The position numbers and the translations under genes were made by a program. This document shows, one piece after another, positions 47,216 through 57,827 of a stretch of 64,000 nucleotides of DNA. The first letter of the stretch is position 1, and each line of letters opens with the position of its first letter. The notes below the pieces were generated by a model, which did not search any database, had not been told where the DNA came from, and was given only the letters and a program-made list of their open reading frames with translations. Origin of the DNA: Candidatus Dojkabacteria bacterium (GTDB lineage: Bacteria; Patescibacteriota; Dojkabacteria; GCA-002793355); assembly GCA_030583825.1 (NCBI GenBank), contig CP129477.1:10259-74258 (forward strand), in the 5' to 3' direction.

Positions 47216-48393
47216 GAGTCGGGAACATATAATAAGTTAGGTAATAATACACTTCGCCATTCTTGAATGACATTAAGACGTTTTAATTCTATCACACACG
47301 AAGAGAACTCTTTCACATCTTTGTTACAAGCATGCCATAGAAACTCCGAAAAGTCTGTAAAGAACAGTTTATACAATCCTGGCAATTTTAATCCTTTTCC
47401 TGACATTGTTCGTCCCAATAACGAGCCTATATGCTTTAAGTAACTCTTTATGATAGTTATTGCAATACGTTCTTTATGCCTTAATATCGCGTCGGTAAGT
47501 GTGGTGATATACGGATTGTACGGTATATCTGGAGGATGCAGTACATTACCGCGAGCTCTTCGGTTCGCTAGGTTATGAACAAGATAGTAGACTTCCCTAT
47601 TGTAGCTTTCTGCAAATGCAGCCGTTATTAATGCACCACTTTTTACAGGCGCTTCAGCAACGATACAAAACTCTGATAATCCGGCAATTATTCTATTCCG
47701 CGCGACATAACACCATTTTACATTTCCACTTATTGGCTTAGAAGGATATTCTGAAATAATTAATTGATTTTCTGCTCGCTTTGAAAACACTGTCTGCTTC
47801 CAAAAGGGAACTACTGCAATCGTATTTACATTATGTTTTGCGGCACTTTTCCAAACCTCTTCATCTATACCACTGGCTAAGCCACTGACACAAGTAATTG
47901 TTTTTGATAAAGATGCCTCCCACACCATACGCTTAGTCATTGCCTGGGCATAGTAGGATGAGTGGCGCGTACCGACAATACCAATAGTCATGTCAGTTGA
48001 AGATAATAAATTAATATTTCCGCTGTAAAATAAGATAAAAGGAGGATCATTGATAACTTGCAACGCTTTAGGGTATTTTTCATCCGTTATATGAATATAC
48101 CCAACCTGCTTTTTAATAAAGTAATCGTAAATTGCATCTGCTTTGTGCTTCCATATGCTGGCCGAGTGCAAAAGTACTATTACAGAGTCCGGTAAATCGT
48201 GAATTCTTACTTTTTCTCTGAATATCGTCCGACTTTCTAATGAGTAAGGATCCCGAAGTAATACTTCCTGCTCTCTTTGAGAAAGCGATTTCCACCATTT
48301 GGTGATAGAAGAGGATTTTACGTCACCATACATCAGAATGTATGTGAAAAAAGAAAAAAATTGTTTGTTCATTGCTCCTAGTATACGGGACAT
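47200..48393 (-). CDS. dprA: DNA processing protein DprA/Smf.
   Basis: Rossmann-like core IGIVGTRHSSYYAQ...SGLASGIDEE. This is the conserved dprA-topA pair, overlapping by 16 nt. Confidence 0.8.
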   Translation of the reverse strand: MSRILGAMNKQFFSFFTYILMYGDVKSSSITKWWKSLSQREQEVLLRDPYSLESRTIFREKVRIHDLPDSVIVLLHSASIWKHKADAIYDYFIKKQVGYIHITDEKYPKALQVINDPPFILFYSGNINLLSSTDMTIGIVGTRHSSYYAQAMTKRMVWEASLSKTITCVSGLASGIDEEVWKSAAKHNVNTIAVVPFWKQTVFSKRAENQLIISEYPSKPISGNVKWCYVARNRIIAGLSEFCIVAEAPVKSGALITAAFAESYNREVYYLVHNLANRRARGNVLHPPDIPYNPYITTLTDAILRHKERIAITIIKSYLKHIGSLLGRTMSGKGLKLPGLYKLFFTDFSEFLWHACNKDVKEFSSCVIELKRLNVIQEWRSVLLPNLLYVPDSWQNI

Positions 48394-48461
48394 ATTATTG
48401 AGTAAAGTTCAAGGCAAAATAACCATGCCTCCGTACAAAATATGACAGATTGTGATTTTAT

Positions 48462-49136
48462 GTGTTAGGATCATTCATGCAATTACCTATCATTCGACAA
48501 GAGCTTCAAGACGAAGCATATCGCCTCCACAAAATATATGGAAATAGCAGTTTAGAACCTATTATTGGAGGAGGACAAATTCAGAATCCTGACATGATGT
48601 TTATATTTATGAATCCTACTGCAAAAAATATTGCATCTTTTCCCTCATGGACAGGAATACGAACCCCTTGGCTTGGAACAAAGCATGTATGGAAAATCTT
48701 TCACAGTATAGGGAAACTAAGCACGAATATTTACGAAATAATCGCTAAAATTCGCCCTGAAGAATGGACAACTTTATTTGCTGAAGAAGTATATCGTCAT
48801 GTAGCAGAAAATAATATGTACATCACAAATTTAGCGAAATGCACACAAGAAGATGCAAGACCTCTCTCAAATAATATTTTTAAAGATTACCTTGCATTGA
48901 TGTACCGAGAAATTGAATTAGTTAAACCAAAATACATTATTTCATTTGGTAATCAGGTCAGTAGCATTTTGCTGCAAAAAAGCATTTCTGTAAGTACATA
49001 CGATCATTTAGATAAAGAAATACTGACAATAGAAAATCAGAATTATGATGTTTTTCCTACATACTATCCTGTTGGGCAAGGCATGCGAAATTTGCCAATG
49101 GCAATAGAGAGAATAAAAATGATTACTCAGAATTAG
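48462..49136 (+). CDS. Uracil-DNA glycosylase superfamily protein, divergent from families 4 to 6.
   Basis: 224 aa. IIGGGQIQNPDMMFIFMNPTAKN occupies the motif-A position (canonical GEAPG), and the C-terminus has YYPVGQGMRN. Confidence 0.4.
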   Translation: MLGSFMQLPIIRQELQDEAYRLHKIYGNSSLEPIIGGGQIQNPDMMFIFMNPTAKNIASFPSWTGIRTPWLGTKHVWKIFHSIGKLSTNIYEIIAKIRPEEWTTLFAEEVYRHVAENNMYITNLAKCTQEDARPLSNNIFKDYLALMYREIELVKPKYIISFGNQVSSILLQKSISVSTYDHLDKEILTIENQNYDVFPTYYPVGQGMRNLPMAIERIKMITQN

Positions 49137-49301
49137 GGAGTTGAAGGGCAACTAGGCTCCATAAAATATGGGCTTGGATGGTGCTTTCGTTTAGTTACAA
49201 CCGTAAAGAGGCAAAACTCAAGAGCGAACCTTGCTGACAGCAGGTTGAATCATATAGACACAAATGTTGCTTACCACCTTTTCAAGGTAGCATGCAACAA
49301 A

Positions 49302-49372
49302 TTGCGGGGCTTGGATTCGAACCAAGACTAACGGTTCCAGAGACCGCCGTCCTACCGTTAGACGACCCCGCA
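49302..49372 (-). tRNA. tRNA-Gln (anticodon CUG).
   Basis: Reverse complement TGCGGGGTCGTCTAACGGTAGGACGGCGGTCTCTGGAACCGTTAGTCTTGGTTCGAATCCAAGCCCCGCAA. It has a U1:A72 pair (a Gln hallmark), U8, a T-loop TTCGAAT, and anticodon loop CTCTGGA with anticodon CTG. Confidence 0.75.
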
Positions 49373-49384
49373 ATGCTAGGTGAA

Positions 49385-50944
49385 TTATACGATACTTAGA
49401 AGAGTTTGAAAACGGGTAGTAACAAAATCCTTTCCGAGAAGAACCATAAGCTCCCTTAGCGGTGGAGAAACTTTTCGTCCCGTCACAATAACGCGCAAAA
49501 TCATAAAGAGATCCCCGTGTTTCATTTCTAAAGAATCGGCATAGCTACGAATAGCAGCTTCCCATGGTTCTTGATCCCATGAGGAAAGGCCCATGATAGT
49601 TGTTTGAAGCTGCGTAATAAGATTTTTTATATCCTTGTCGCCAACAACGCTCTTTATAGCATCTACGCCGAATGTTGGCTCCTCTAATATAAAACGGTAC
49701 CAATCCCAAATGTCAGATAACTTTTTTATACGCGGTTGTACGAGGGTAAGTAGATCTTCCGCAATGGCAGGATTTTTTTCTAAATAAGTGGTTAATAATT
49801 CTGTTGCTTTTTTCTGTTCAGCAAGCTCTTCTGAAACGCCAAGTACGTCATCAATAACATATTTTTTAGCGACTTCGTCTTTCCAAACCATCACCTTTTC
49901 AAATAGCTGTGCCGGAGTTAACGATTGCAACCACATAGTATTTATTGCATCCAGCTTACGCATATCTAATGCTCCACCAGACCTTTTAATACGATTAATA
50001 TCAAAATGCTCAGTAAGAAATTCCTGTGAATAGAATTCATCTTGGTGAGCAACTTTAGGATCCGGATTCCACCCAACAAGACATAAGAAATTAAATAATG
50101 CCTCACGAATATAGCCTTGGCGAATAAAGTCAATTGCTGCAACTGCTCCCTTCCTCTTACTTAACTTCCCTTTTCTATCTGCATTTAATACGTTTGGAAC
50201 ATGAACAAATCGAGGAACTTCCCAACCTAAATACTCATACAGAAGTAACTGTTTTGGAGTACTTGATAGCCAATCTTCTCCTCTCATTATATGAGAGATT
50301 TCCATTAGGTGGTCATCAATAACGACCGCAAATTGATATGTTGGGAATCCATCTGATTTAATCAGTACCTGCTCATCAACATCGTTTGTATTAAAAGAAA
50401 TCTTTCCATACACGACATCTTCGAATTCTACAATTCTTCCTTTTGGAATAATCATGCGGACAACATGAGATTCACCTGCATCTAACTTTGCTGTAACTTC
50501 CTCTGAAGTAAGCTTCTTACAGTGGCCGTCATACATAGGACGAACGCCAGCAGCTTTTTGTTGCTCACGTAATTCTGTAAGCCTTTCTGCGCTACAGAAA
50601 CAGTAATAGGCCTGGCCTTTCTCAATAAGTTCTTGGCTATACTTCTTGTAAATATCCAATCTTTCGGACTGAACGTATGGGCCGAATTTACCACCAAATC
50701 CTGGGCCCTCATCAGGGGTCATGCCCATAACTTCAAGTGTTTCGACTATTCCTTTTATGCCATTTGGAACTTTACGCTTTTGATCAGTATCTTCGATACG
50801 TAAAATAAATTGTCCCTGCTCTTTTTTAGCAAATAAATATCCGAACAATACGGTTCGCATATTTCCAATATGAATCCAGCCAGTTGGGCTGGGAGCAAAT
50901 CTCACTCTTACTGCCATAATTCCTAGAAAATAAATTACATTCAT
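49385..50944 (-). CDS. gltX: Glutamyl-tRNA synthetase. It is probably non-discriminating, given that gatCAB is present and no GlnRS is seen.
   Basis: VRFAPSPTGWIHIGNMRT (HIGH) and KLSKRKG (KMSKS); 519 aa. Confidence 0.85.
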   Translation of the reverse strand: MNVIYFLGIMAVRVRFAPSPTGWIHIGNMRTVLFGYLFAKKEQGQFILRIEDTDQKRKVPNGIKGIVETLEVMGMTPDEGPGFGGKFGPYVQSERLDIYKKYSQELIEKGQAYYCFCSAERLTELREQQKAAGVRPMYDGHCKKLTSEEVTAKLDAGESHVVRMIIPKGRIVEFEDVVYGKISFNTNDVDEQVLIKSDGFPTYQFAVVIDDHLMEISHIMRGEDWLSSTPKQLLLYEYLGWEVPRFVHVPNVLNADRKGKLSKRKGAVAAIDFIRQGYIREALFNFLCLVGWNPDPKVAHQDEFYSQEFLTEHFDINRIKRSGGALDMRKLDAINTMWLQSLTPAQLFEKVMVWKDEVAKKYVIDDVLGVSEELAEQKKATELLTTYLEKNPAIAEDLLTLVQPRIKKLSDIWDWYRFILEEPTFGVDAIKSVVGDKDIKNLITQLQTTIMGLSSWDQEPWEAAIRSYADSLEMKHGDLFMILRVIVTGRKVSPPLRELMVLLGKDFVTTRFQTLLSIV

Positions 50945-50961
50945 ATTATACTACTACCATT

Positions 50962-52218
50962 ATGTCACTCATAGATGCTGCTTTCTGGACAAAAATTGTC
51001 ATGAGAATCGCGATAATCGCGGTTGTATTTGTTGTTGGCGGTTACTATGGATATGTTTTGATTACTTGGACAAATCCCGACCCTAAGAAGATTTTCGAAC
51101 CTGCATATGGATGCGAAGCTGTACTTCCAGAACCTGCAATAACTGATTTTTATGATGTTGACCTCACTTCAATTGAAGTAGCCGTAGAAACAGCGACTTC
51201 TGCGTTACAAACAACAACTGGTGGCATACCAAAATTCCCACCGATTGTATACGTGTATAGACTCGATATTTCAGGTCAGAACTTTGGAACAGCACGACAG
51301 GCGACAGAGCTTGCAGATGCTCTACGCTTTAGAAATGTTTCTCCTGATCGTCCGGCACCAACACAGTATCGCTGGAGAGATGATTTGCTTGGTAGAACTC
51401 TTGTTGTTGATACAGCAACACTCAACTTCGACTATGGATACGATATTACTCGAGCACCAGTTATTCCTAACTTAAACTTACCATCATTGCCACTGGCGCC
51501 GTCAATTGCATCTGATGTACTAAGCGCTGTTGGGCTATACTCCCGAGAGTTTCGCGAAGGAAAGACTTTTGCATATCCTGTAAACATTACAAGGCAAGGA
51601 AATACAGAGACCATTGCAGAAGCTCGCTCATTGCAGGAAGCATCTTTAGTACGAGTAGATTTTCAAAAAGCGACTGTAGCATTGCAATATGATAAGACAA
51701 AAATTAACCAATTTGGCCAACAGGGACGAGTTAATTTTATTGATTTTCTAGACTCAACAAAATTTAATATCCAAGATGAAAACCTTGTTCGATATACATT
51801 CCCCCGAGTTGCCCAAACACCGGTTGTTGGAAATGTACAAGTGTACGTTCAATCTTTAAAACGAGCCGACGGTCAGGAACAAGCTTTTAGAATCGTTGTT
51901 CGAAATTGGGTAACAGAGACATTCCCATGTGGAACATATCCAATTATCGAAGCCGCTGATGCTCTTCGGTTGATCAAAGAGGGTCAAGGTAAGGTTGTCT
52001 ATCTTACAGAAAGAGGTGGTGACCGTATTCAAAAGTTACAGATGCCTCCGATTACTGAAGTCAACATATTTACTGTAGAGCTTGCATACTTAGAAACATT
52101 CCAAAGACAGGATTATCTTCAACCAATTTATGTTGCCGAGGGCGAAGTAACATTTAATAACGGAAAAGTCGGAAATATTGGAGTATATATCCCTGCTATT
52201 GCTTCCTTTGGACAATAA
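50962..52218 (+). CDS. Hypothetical membrane-anchored or secreted protein.
   Basis: 418 aa with an N-terminal TM/signal anchor. I recognise no motifs. It is slightly GC-richer by eye. Confidence 0.3.
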   Translation: MSLIDAAFWTKIVMRIAIIAVVFVVGGYYGYVLITWTNPDPKKIFEPAYGCEAVLPEPAITDFYDVDLTSIEVAVETATSALQTTTGGIPKFPPIVYVYRLDISGQNFGTARQATELADALRFRNVSPDRPAPTQYRWRDDLLGRTLVVDTATLNFDYGYDITRAPVIPNLNLPSLPLAPSIASDVLSAVGLYSREFREGKTFAYPVNITRQGNTETIAEARSLQEASLVRVDFQKATVALQYDKTKINQFGQQGRVNFIDFLDSTKFNIQDENLVRYTFPRVAQTPVVGNVQVYVQSLKRADGQEQAFRIVVRNWVTETFPCGTYPIIEAADALRLIKEGQGKVVYLTERGGDRIQKLQMPPITEVNIFTVELAYLETFQRQDYLQPIYVAEGEVTFNNGKVGNIGVYIPAIASFGQ

Positions 52219-52247
52219 AACTTGTTGTATTCACTTTCAAACAGAAG

Positions 52248-53954
52248 CTAGAATCCGTCTTTTTCAGAAGGAGAATAATCAATAACGTCGTCAATATAAA
52301 ACTGTATTTCTGTATTGCCTCTAAATGTATTTCGTTTTACTTTACCTACAAATGTTACTGTATCTCCTTGTAAAAATTTCCCAACCACTGATTTTGCATT
52401 AAAGAATACACAGGTAACAACGGCATCTCCACTTGAAAGATGGATGCGTGCATGTTCTCCCATTGCTCCCATCATATTAATTTGATGAATTTGCCCCTTA
52501 ATTGCAACCAATGGAGCAAAATTTCCTTGACCATATGGTTCAAGCAATTCAATTCCTTTCATAAGATCTTCTGATACATCCCTTGGAGCTATCGAAATAT
52601 CTATTGTTCGAGTGTTTTCAGGAACGTAGTTTGTATATTGCTCTGCTAAGTGCTTTTCTAATGCAGCAATGAAGTTTTCAAAAGATTCATCTTTTACAGT
52701 AAATCCCGCAGCGGCATGATGTCCGCCATATTTCGCAAGATTTTCTTTAATACCTTCCAATACTTCTGTAATATTAAGATTTGTAATACTTCTTGCTGAG
52801 CCTTTCAGTAGACCGGAATTCTTCTCTTTTGTCATAACAATTGCTGGCATATCGTAACGTTGTAATAGCCTCCCTGCAACAAGACCAATCACGCCATCTT
52901 CCCACCCTTCGCCATAGGCAACAATAAGGCTTTCCCGCACAAGCGTTTTTGCCTGATCCGCCTCTTCAAATACGCGCTTCATAATTGACTGTCGCTGTAT
53001 ATTCGTCGTCTCAATCTCTCGTAGTAGCGATAATGCAAACTCCTCCTTATCCGTAGCCAAAAGCCTTACTGTCTGATACGCATTTCCCACCCTTCCAGTC
53101 GAATTCAATCTTGGCCCGATGATAAAGCCAAAATGATAAATATCACATTGCTCAGGCTGAATTTGCTGCGAGAGTAATATCAATTTTATCGGTAATGAGG
53201 GATCAGTACGTGCCTTTTCAAGCGCTTTTATAATAATTGCCCTATTTTCTTCAAGTAACGGCATAATATCTGTGACAAGAGAGAGTCCGACAAGATCAAC
53301 AACTGAATCAGAGAATGTATGTTCTGTTTTTCTCAACTCTTCAATAGTGCGAATAAGTTTCCATGCAACAACTGTTCCCGACGTATATTTATTTGCAGCT
53401 TCTTTGTCTGGATATAACGGATGTACAATTGGGCACTCAGGAATTTTCTCACCAGGTTGGTGATGATCAGTGACAATTATTTCAAGCTTCTTACTTTGCC
53501 ACTGCGCAATAAGGTCTGCATCTCTGACACCACAGTCAACAGTAATAACAACATCGTACCCTTGGGATGCAATATCTTCGAGAGCCTCATTATTCAGCCC
53601 ATACCCTTCTTCTTGTCTGTTAGGAATATATATTGTTGACTTCGCACCAAGTTCTTTCGAAAGATACCTCCACAAAATACTGGCAGCAACCATTCCATCG
53701 ACATCGTAATCTCCATATACACAGATTTTTTTGCCTTCAGAAACATATTTTAAAATAAGTTCGCCAACTTTTTCTATTTCCCAGATATCTTTATGATTAA
53801 TTGATTCAGCTCCTTTTTGAAACCGTTGCAGCTCTTCAACAGAAGTAATACCTCTGCGAACAAGAAACTGAACAATTGCGGCTGATTGTGTAAACTCAAG
53901 AAGATCTGGAAAAGAATCCGCACTAATATGTTCAGGTAAAACGTATTTTCTCAT
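52248..53954 (-). CDS. recJ: Single-stranded-DNA-specific exonuclease RecJ.
   Basis: DHH motifs (VYGDYDVDG, ITVDCG, VTDHHQPG), a DHHA1 domain GGHHAAAGF, and a C-terminal OB fold. Confidence 0.85.
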   Translation of the reverse strand: MRKYVLPEHISADSFPDLLEFTQSAAIVQFLVRRGITSVEELQRFQKGAESINHKDIWEIEKVGELILKYVSEGKKICVYGDYDVDGMVAASILWRYLSKELGAKSTIYIPNRQEEGYGLNNEALEDIASQGYDVVITVDCGVRDADLIAQWQSKKLEIIVTDHHQPGEKIPECPIVHPLYPDKEAANKYTSGTVVAWKLIRTIEELRKTEHTFSDSVVDLVGLSLVTDIMPLLEENRAIIIKALEKARTDPSLPIKLILLSQQIQPEQCDIYHFGFIIGPRLNSTGRVGNAYQTVRLLATDKEEFALSLLREIETTNIQRQSIMKRVFEEADQAKTLVRESLIVAYGEGWEDGVIGLVAGRLLQRYDMPAIVMTKEKNSGLLKGSARSITNLNITEVLEGIKENLAKYGGHHAAAGFTVKDESFENFIAALEKHLAEQYTNYVPENTRTIDISIAPRDVSEDLMKGIELLEPYGQGNFAPLVAIKGQIHQINMMGAMGEHARIHLSSGDAVVTCVFFNAKSVVGKFLQGDTVTFVGKVKRNTFRGNTEIQFYIDDVIDYSPSEKDGF

Positions 53955-53956
53955 GA

Positions 53957-54991
53957 CTACTGAATTTTCTGAAGAACAAGCTCCTTAATCTTTGCTTGGA
54001 GCTTTTCATCACCTTTTAATACTTCAATTGATGCTTCTTTTCCTTGACCAAGTTTTGTTTCTCCAAAGCTATACCATGCACCGGCTTTATCAATAATTCC
54101 ATACTTTACGCCAGCCTCAAAGACGCTTCCAACTCTATCAATACCGGTTTTTAAGAGAATATCGAATGTTGCAGAACGAAATGGTGGAGCAACTTTATTT
54201 TTCACAATTTTGACTTCTCGGGCGTGTCCAAGAACTTCACCATCCTTGGCAATTTCTTCACGACGACGAATATCTAATCGTAAGCTCGCATAAAACTTTA
54301 AGGCATTTCCACCTGTTGTTGTTTCTGGGTTTCCAAACATTACGCCAATTTTCATACGAATTTGGTTTAAGAAAATAACTACTGTATTTGATTTTGCTGC
54401 AACTGGTGTAATCTTTCTAAGTGCTTGAGACATCAAACGTGCCTGTAATCCCATATGAACATCGCCCATTTCACCATCTACTTCGGCTTTTGGAACAAGT
54501 GCTGCGACTGAGTCAACAACAATTACATCAAACGCTCCTGACCGTACTAATGTTTCAAGAATATCCAATGCCTGCTCACCAAAATCTGGCTGAGAAATAT
54601 ACAGATCATTAATGTCTACACCGATAACCTTTGCACGGGCTGGATCTAGTGCATGCTCAGCGTCAATAAATGCCGCTTTTCCTCCCATTCTTTGGGCTTC
54701 TGCAATGACGTGCAATGCTAATGTCGTTTTTCCCGAAGCTTCTGGCCCAAAGATCTCTACAACGCGTCCTCTTGGAACCCCACCCACGCCAAGTGCGGCA
54801 TCCAATGTTAATGCACCTGTTGGGATTGCTTCAATTTTAAGCTTCTTTCGTGATCCTAAGCGCATAATACTTCCTTCTCCGAATCGCTTTTCAATTAAAG
54901 AAACGGCAGAATCAATAATCTTTTGCTTTTCCTCTGTTGGAACGGCAGATGCATCAATAACTTCGTCTGTTAGCTGCTTACTTTTTGCCAT
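53957..54991 (-). CDS. recA: Recombinase RecA.
   Basis: [28 protein letters not shown]; 344 aa. Confidence 0.95.
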   Translation of the reverse strand: MAKSKQLTDEVIDASAVPTEEKQKIIDSAVSLIEKRFGEGSIMRLGSRKKLKIEAIPTGALTLDAALGVGGVPRGRVVEIFGPEASGKTTLALHVIAEAQRMGGKAAFIDAEHALDPARAKVIGVDINDLYISQPDFGEQALDILETLVRSGAFDVIVVDSVAALVPKAEVDGEMGDVHMGLQARLMSQALRKITPVAAKSNTVVIFLNQIRMKIGVMFGNPETTTGGNALKFYASLRLDIRRREEIAKDGEVLGHAREVKIVKNKVAPPFRSATFDILLKTGIDRVGSVFEAGVKYGIIDKAGAWYSFGETKLGQGKEASIEVLKGDEKLQAKIKELVLQKIQ

Positions 54992-55095
54992 GTATCACTA
55001 AAAATGAACTTATATTACCTCTATTATAGTACACCATAGAGCAACGAAACTAATAATAAATCATAATGTGATAACTTGTACAGGGAAACTAGGCT

Positions 55096-56232
55096 TTAGA
55101 CATTAAAAACTTTAGCAATAATCTTTCCAAAAAGGTCATTGCTGCTGCGTCGAACACTCAAGCGCTCTCTAAAAATAAGGTCAAGCGTAAATGTTGTGAT
55201 ACTTGTTACAGCCATGGAGAGGAGTTTTAGCTTTGGGAAAAGAAGGAATACTCCAATGAGTACCGTTAAATAAGTAATAAATTTGATAATATCGTCTTTG
55301 CTTGAATCAAAACTTTGTCGTAATGCATGTTTAATTTGTTTTGATGGCCCAAACTGCGGATTATCGCTTCCCATATACTGATTAATCTCTCTATAGAAGT
55401 AAACACCTCCCCATACAATTCTCATGCCAAAGCGTAGAATCTCAAGTCCTACTGTTAGCATAATCAGTGTCATGGTAATATCAAAGCCTGCTTGAATATT
55501 AAATCCACGTTCCATCAAGTTATATCCAAAAAGAGACGCGTGAAGCTCCACATTTAAACTTTTAGGAAGAAAAAAGAGGTTTGTACTATCCATTGTCAGG
55601 AAGAAAATAAAAATCACAACTTCCATGGCATCACCAAACACATCTTTGAATCGTCGTCCAAGCTTTTTACCCCATTTTTCTTCGGTAGAAGGGTCTTCTT
55701 TTCCAGGACGGTTAAGTAGCCCAATTGCAACCATTAATGCTGCTGTTAAGATGATTGTAATAACAGTTACATCAGAAAAACTTCCTACCCATTTAAAGAG
55801 TAATAGCAATGCAATATAAATGAGAAATGCTAGCACATACGAGAAAAATGGAACCAGGAAGTAAATAAGGTCTTTTACTATTTGGACAAAATTTTTCGCA
55901 ACAAGCTTAAGAAAATCAAAGAAATCAACGACACTGAGTGTTCCTTCCATGAATACATCAAGGATGCCTTTTGCCTCATTTTTAAGGCCAAGCATAACCA
56001 TTCCACCAAGCACCAAGAACAATATAACAATGAATAAGGTCAGGATCCACAAGAAATTAAGAAATATCAAGAGAAGCTGCGGTGCCAAAATACCGGTAAT
56101 AACGCAGGCTACAATAATCAAAAACAATATAACTTGAATACCAAAGATAAAGCTCTTATAACGGTCAACTCCTTCTTTAATGACTGACACTTTCGGTTGT
56201 TCTTGCTGTTTTTCTGTCTGCTCTTCAGGCAT
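55096..56232 (-). CDS. Hypothetical polytopic membrane protein.
   Basis: 378 aa with about 8 TM helices and no recognisable motif. Confidence 0.3.
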   Translation of the reverse strand: MPEEQTEKQQEQPKVSVIKEGVDRYKSFIFGIQVILFLIIVACVITGILAPQLLLIFLNFLWILTLFIVILFLVLGGMVMLGLKNEAKGILDVFMEGTLSVVDFFDFLKLVAKNFVQIVKDLIYFLVPFFSYVLAFLIYIALLLLFKWVGSFSDVTVITIILTAALMVAIGLLNRPGKEDPSTEEKWGKKLGRRFKDVFGDAMEVVIFIFFLTMDSTNLFFLPKSLNVELHASLFGYNLMERGFNIQAGFDITMTLIMLTVGLEILRFGMRIVWGGVYFYREINQYMGSDNPQFGPSKQIKHALRQSFDSSKDDIIKFITYLTVLIGVFLLFPKLKLLSMAVTSITTFTLDLIFRERLSVRRSSNDLFGKIIAKVFNV

Positions 56233-56298
56233 ACGTAGTATATAAATAATTAACTCAGTATTATACTACTTTTTAGACAAAATTTCATCCTATAGTGT

Positions 56299-57765
56299 TT
56301 ATACACCCTCGTGTCCCTTGATTCTGTGTGCCTGGGTTCCATGCGCATTATAGAAATCAACGGCAACTTTCAGTTCTTCGTGGTCTTTTGCATATTCTTC
56401 GAGAGAAACTCCCTGTTTCCATGCTTCATATGACTGAACAACCGCAGTTGTACCCGATTGTGTTCCCATTGGATGAGAATGAACTCCACCACCCATTGTC
56501 ACAATGAAATCAATTGTTCCCATTACTTCAATAAATTCCGGAAGCAAGACTGGATTAAGTCCGCCAGAAATAATTGGTGCCATTTTTCGGACAACTCTCC
56601 AATCATGTTCCATGGTGTCAAGGTGGGTAACATCAGCTTGAGATTTTACAAATGATCGTAGATTCATTGCAGCCTTTGTTTCTTCATCTTTGATCATCTT
56701 CTGTAGATCACTGTCAGCATGAGGAATTTTGCTCCAAATCTGCGTAAAGAACTGGCCTTCCGCCCGAACATTTAATGCCTGCTTTGCGGCCATCATGTCA
56801 ATATCTGGTGTTCCTGCCATTTTCCCAACACCCGCAGTACCTGTGTGCATTCCTGAAGCACCTGCAAGACGTCCAAACATTGTAAGAACAGGAACTGTCA
56901 TTCCAAATGGATTTTCTTCGCGGGTAATTGCTCCGTGACCTGCGCGGTGGAAATGTAAGAATACATCTGGATATCGTCGGCGAATTGTTTGAATAGCTGT
57001 CCATCCGGCTGTAATACCATCAACAAGGAAAGCATAGCTACCTGGCTTCATTTTGCTGACAACATACTCTGCTCGACGAATCATTGTGTCGAAGTCAACA
57101 GCAGAAATATTAAATGAGTGAACTTTTGTTCTTCCAGTTTTATCTTCTGCACGATCCATTGCCATTCTTACGGCATCTACCATATGTGTAAACGGTGAAA
57201 AATGCTGGTTCGCCTGCGGTTCATCATTTTTAACGAACATTCCACCACCAACCCAGAAGTCATAACAAAGTTCTGCATATTCATTTGGTGTTAAACCAAT
57301 CTTTGGCTTAATAATTGTTCCAAGAATTGGGCTATCAAAAACTTCGAGATAGTTTCGCATATCGTCGATCGTTGTTCTTGGACCATCGTAATGTACAAGC
57401 ATTGATGGTGGGAAATATACGTCTAACAGTCGGCATCCTTTTGATTCGCCGACACCCATAATGTTTCCTACAATAAATGTGAGGATATTTTGAACATTTC
57501 CATCACTATCGAAGATTTCCCATGGAAATGCTATCCAAATCAGGTGATTCTTTTCGTCCACTTTGTAAACGCGAGCATTGAGCTCAAGTGAATAATTAGT
57601 TGCAGATCCAACTTTCAGGTTTGAGCCTGTTGAAGCCTCTGCCGCGATTTCTGTTGCAAGATCGTCTAACGCAATTCCATCCTGTGGGATAGCACGATAG
57701 ACAGCTAACAGATATCGGTCGTTGTGTACGGATTCGTCTCCGAGAAAAAGGTACTCTTTTTGCAT
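56299..57765 (-). CDS. rbcL: Ribulose-1,5-bisphosphate carboxylase large subunit, form II/III (archaeal/CPR type).
   Basis: TIIKPKIGL (KPKxG), GGGMFVKNDE (carbamyl-Lys with D/E metal ligands), HFHRAGHG, GMHTGTAGVGKMAG, SGGLNP and GGGVHSHPMG. There is no small-subunit gene. Confidence 0.8.
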   Translation of the reverse strand: MQKEYLFLGDESVHNDRYLLAVYRAIPQDGIALDDLATEIAAEASTGSNLKVGSATNYSLELNARVYKVDEKNHLIWIAFPWEIFDSDGNVQNILTFIVGNIMGVGESKGCRLLDVYFPPSMLVHYDGPRTTIDDMRNYLEVFDSPILGTIIKPKIGLTPNEYAELCYDFWVGGGMFVKNDEPQANQHFSPFTHMVDAVRMAMDRAEDKTGRTKVHSFNISAVDFDTMIRRAEYVVSKMKPGSYAFLVDGITAGWTAIQTIRRRYPDVFLHFHRAGHGAITREENPFGMTVPVLTMFGRLAGASGMHTGTAGVGKMAGTPDIDMMAAKQALNVRAEGQFFTQIWSKIPHADSDLQKMIKDEETKAAMNLRSFVKSQADVTHLDTMEHDWRVVRKMAPIISGGLNPVLLPEFIEVMGTIDFIVTMGGGVHSHPMGTQSGTTAVVQSYEAWKQGVSLEEYAKDHEELKVAVDFYNAHGTQAHRIKGHEGV

Positions 57766-57827
57766 GAGGGCAGTTTGAGAAATTATTTAGTCTACTTTAG
57801 TTTAGCGCGGAAAAAGTGATCTGGCAA

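Noticed and set aside
49137-49301. 165-bp spacer between the UDG-like gene and tRNA-Gln, considered as a small RNA.
   Set aside because: It contains short inverted repeats only (TGCTGACAGCA). It resembles no tRNA, tmRNA, SRP or RNase P that I can recognise.
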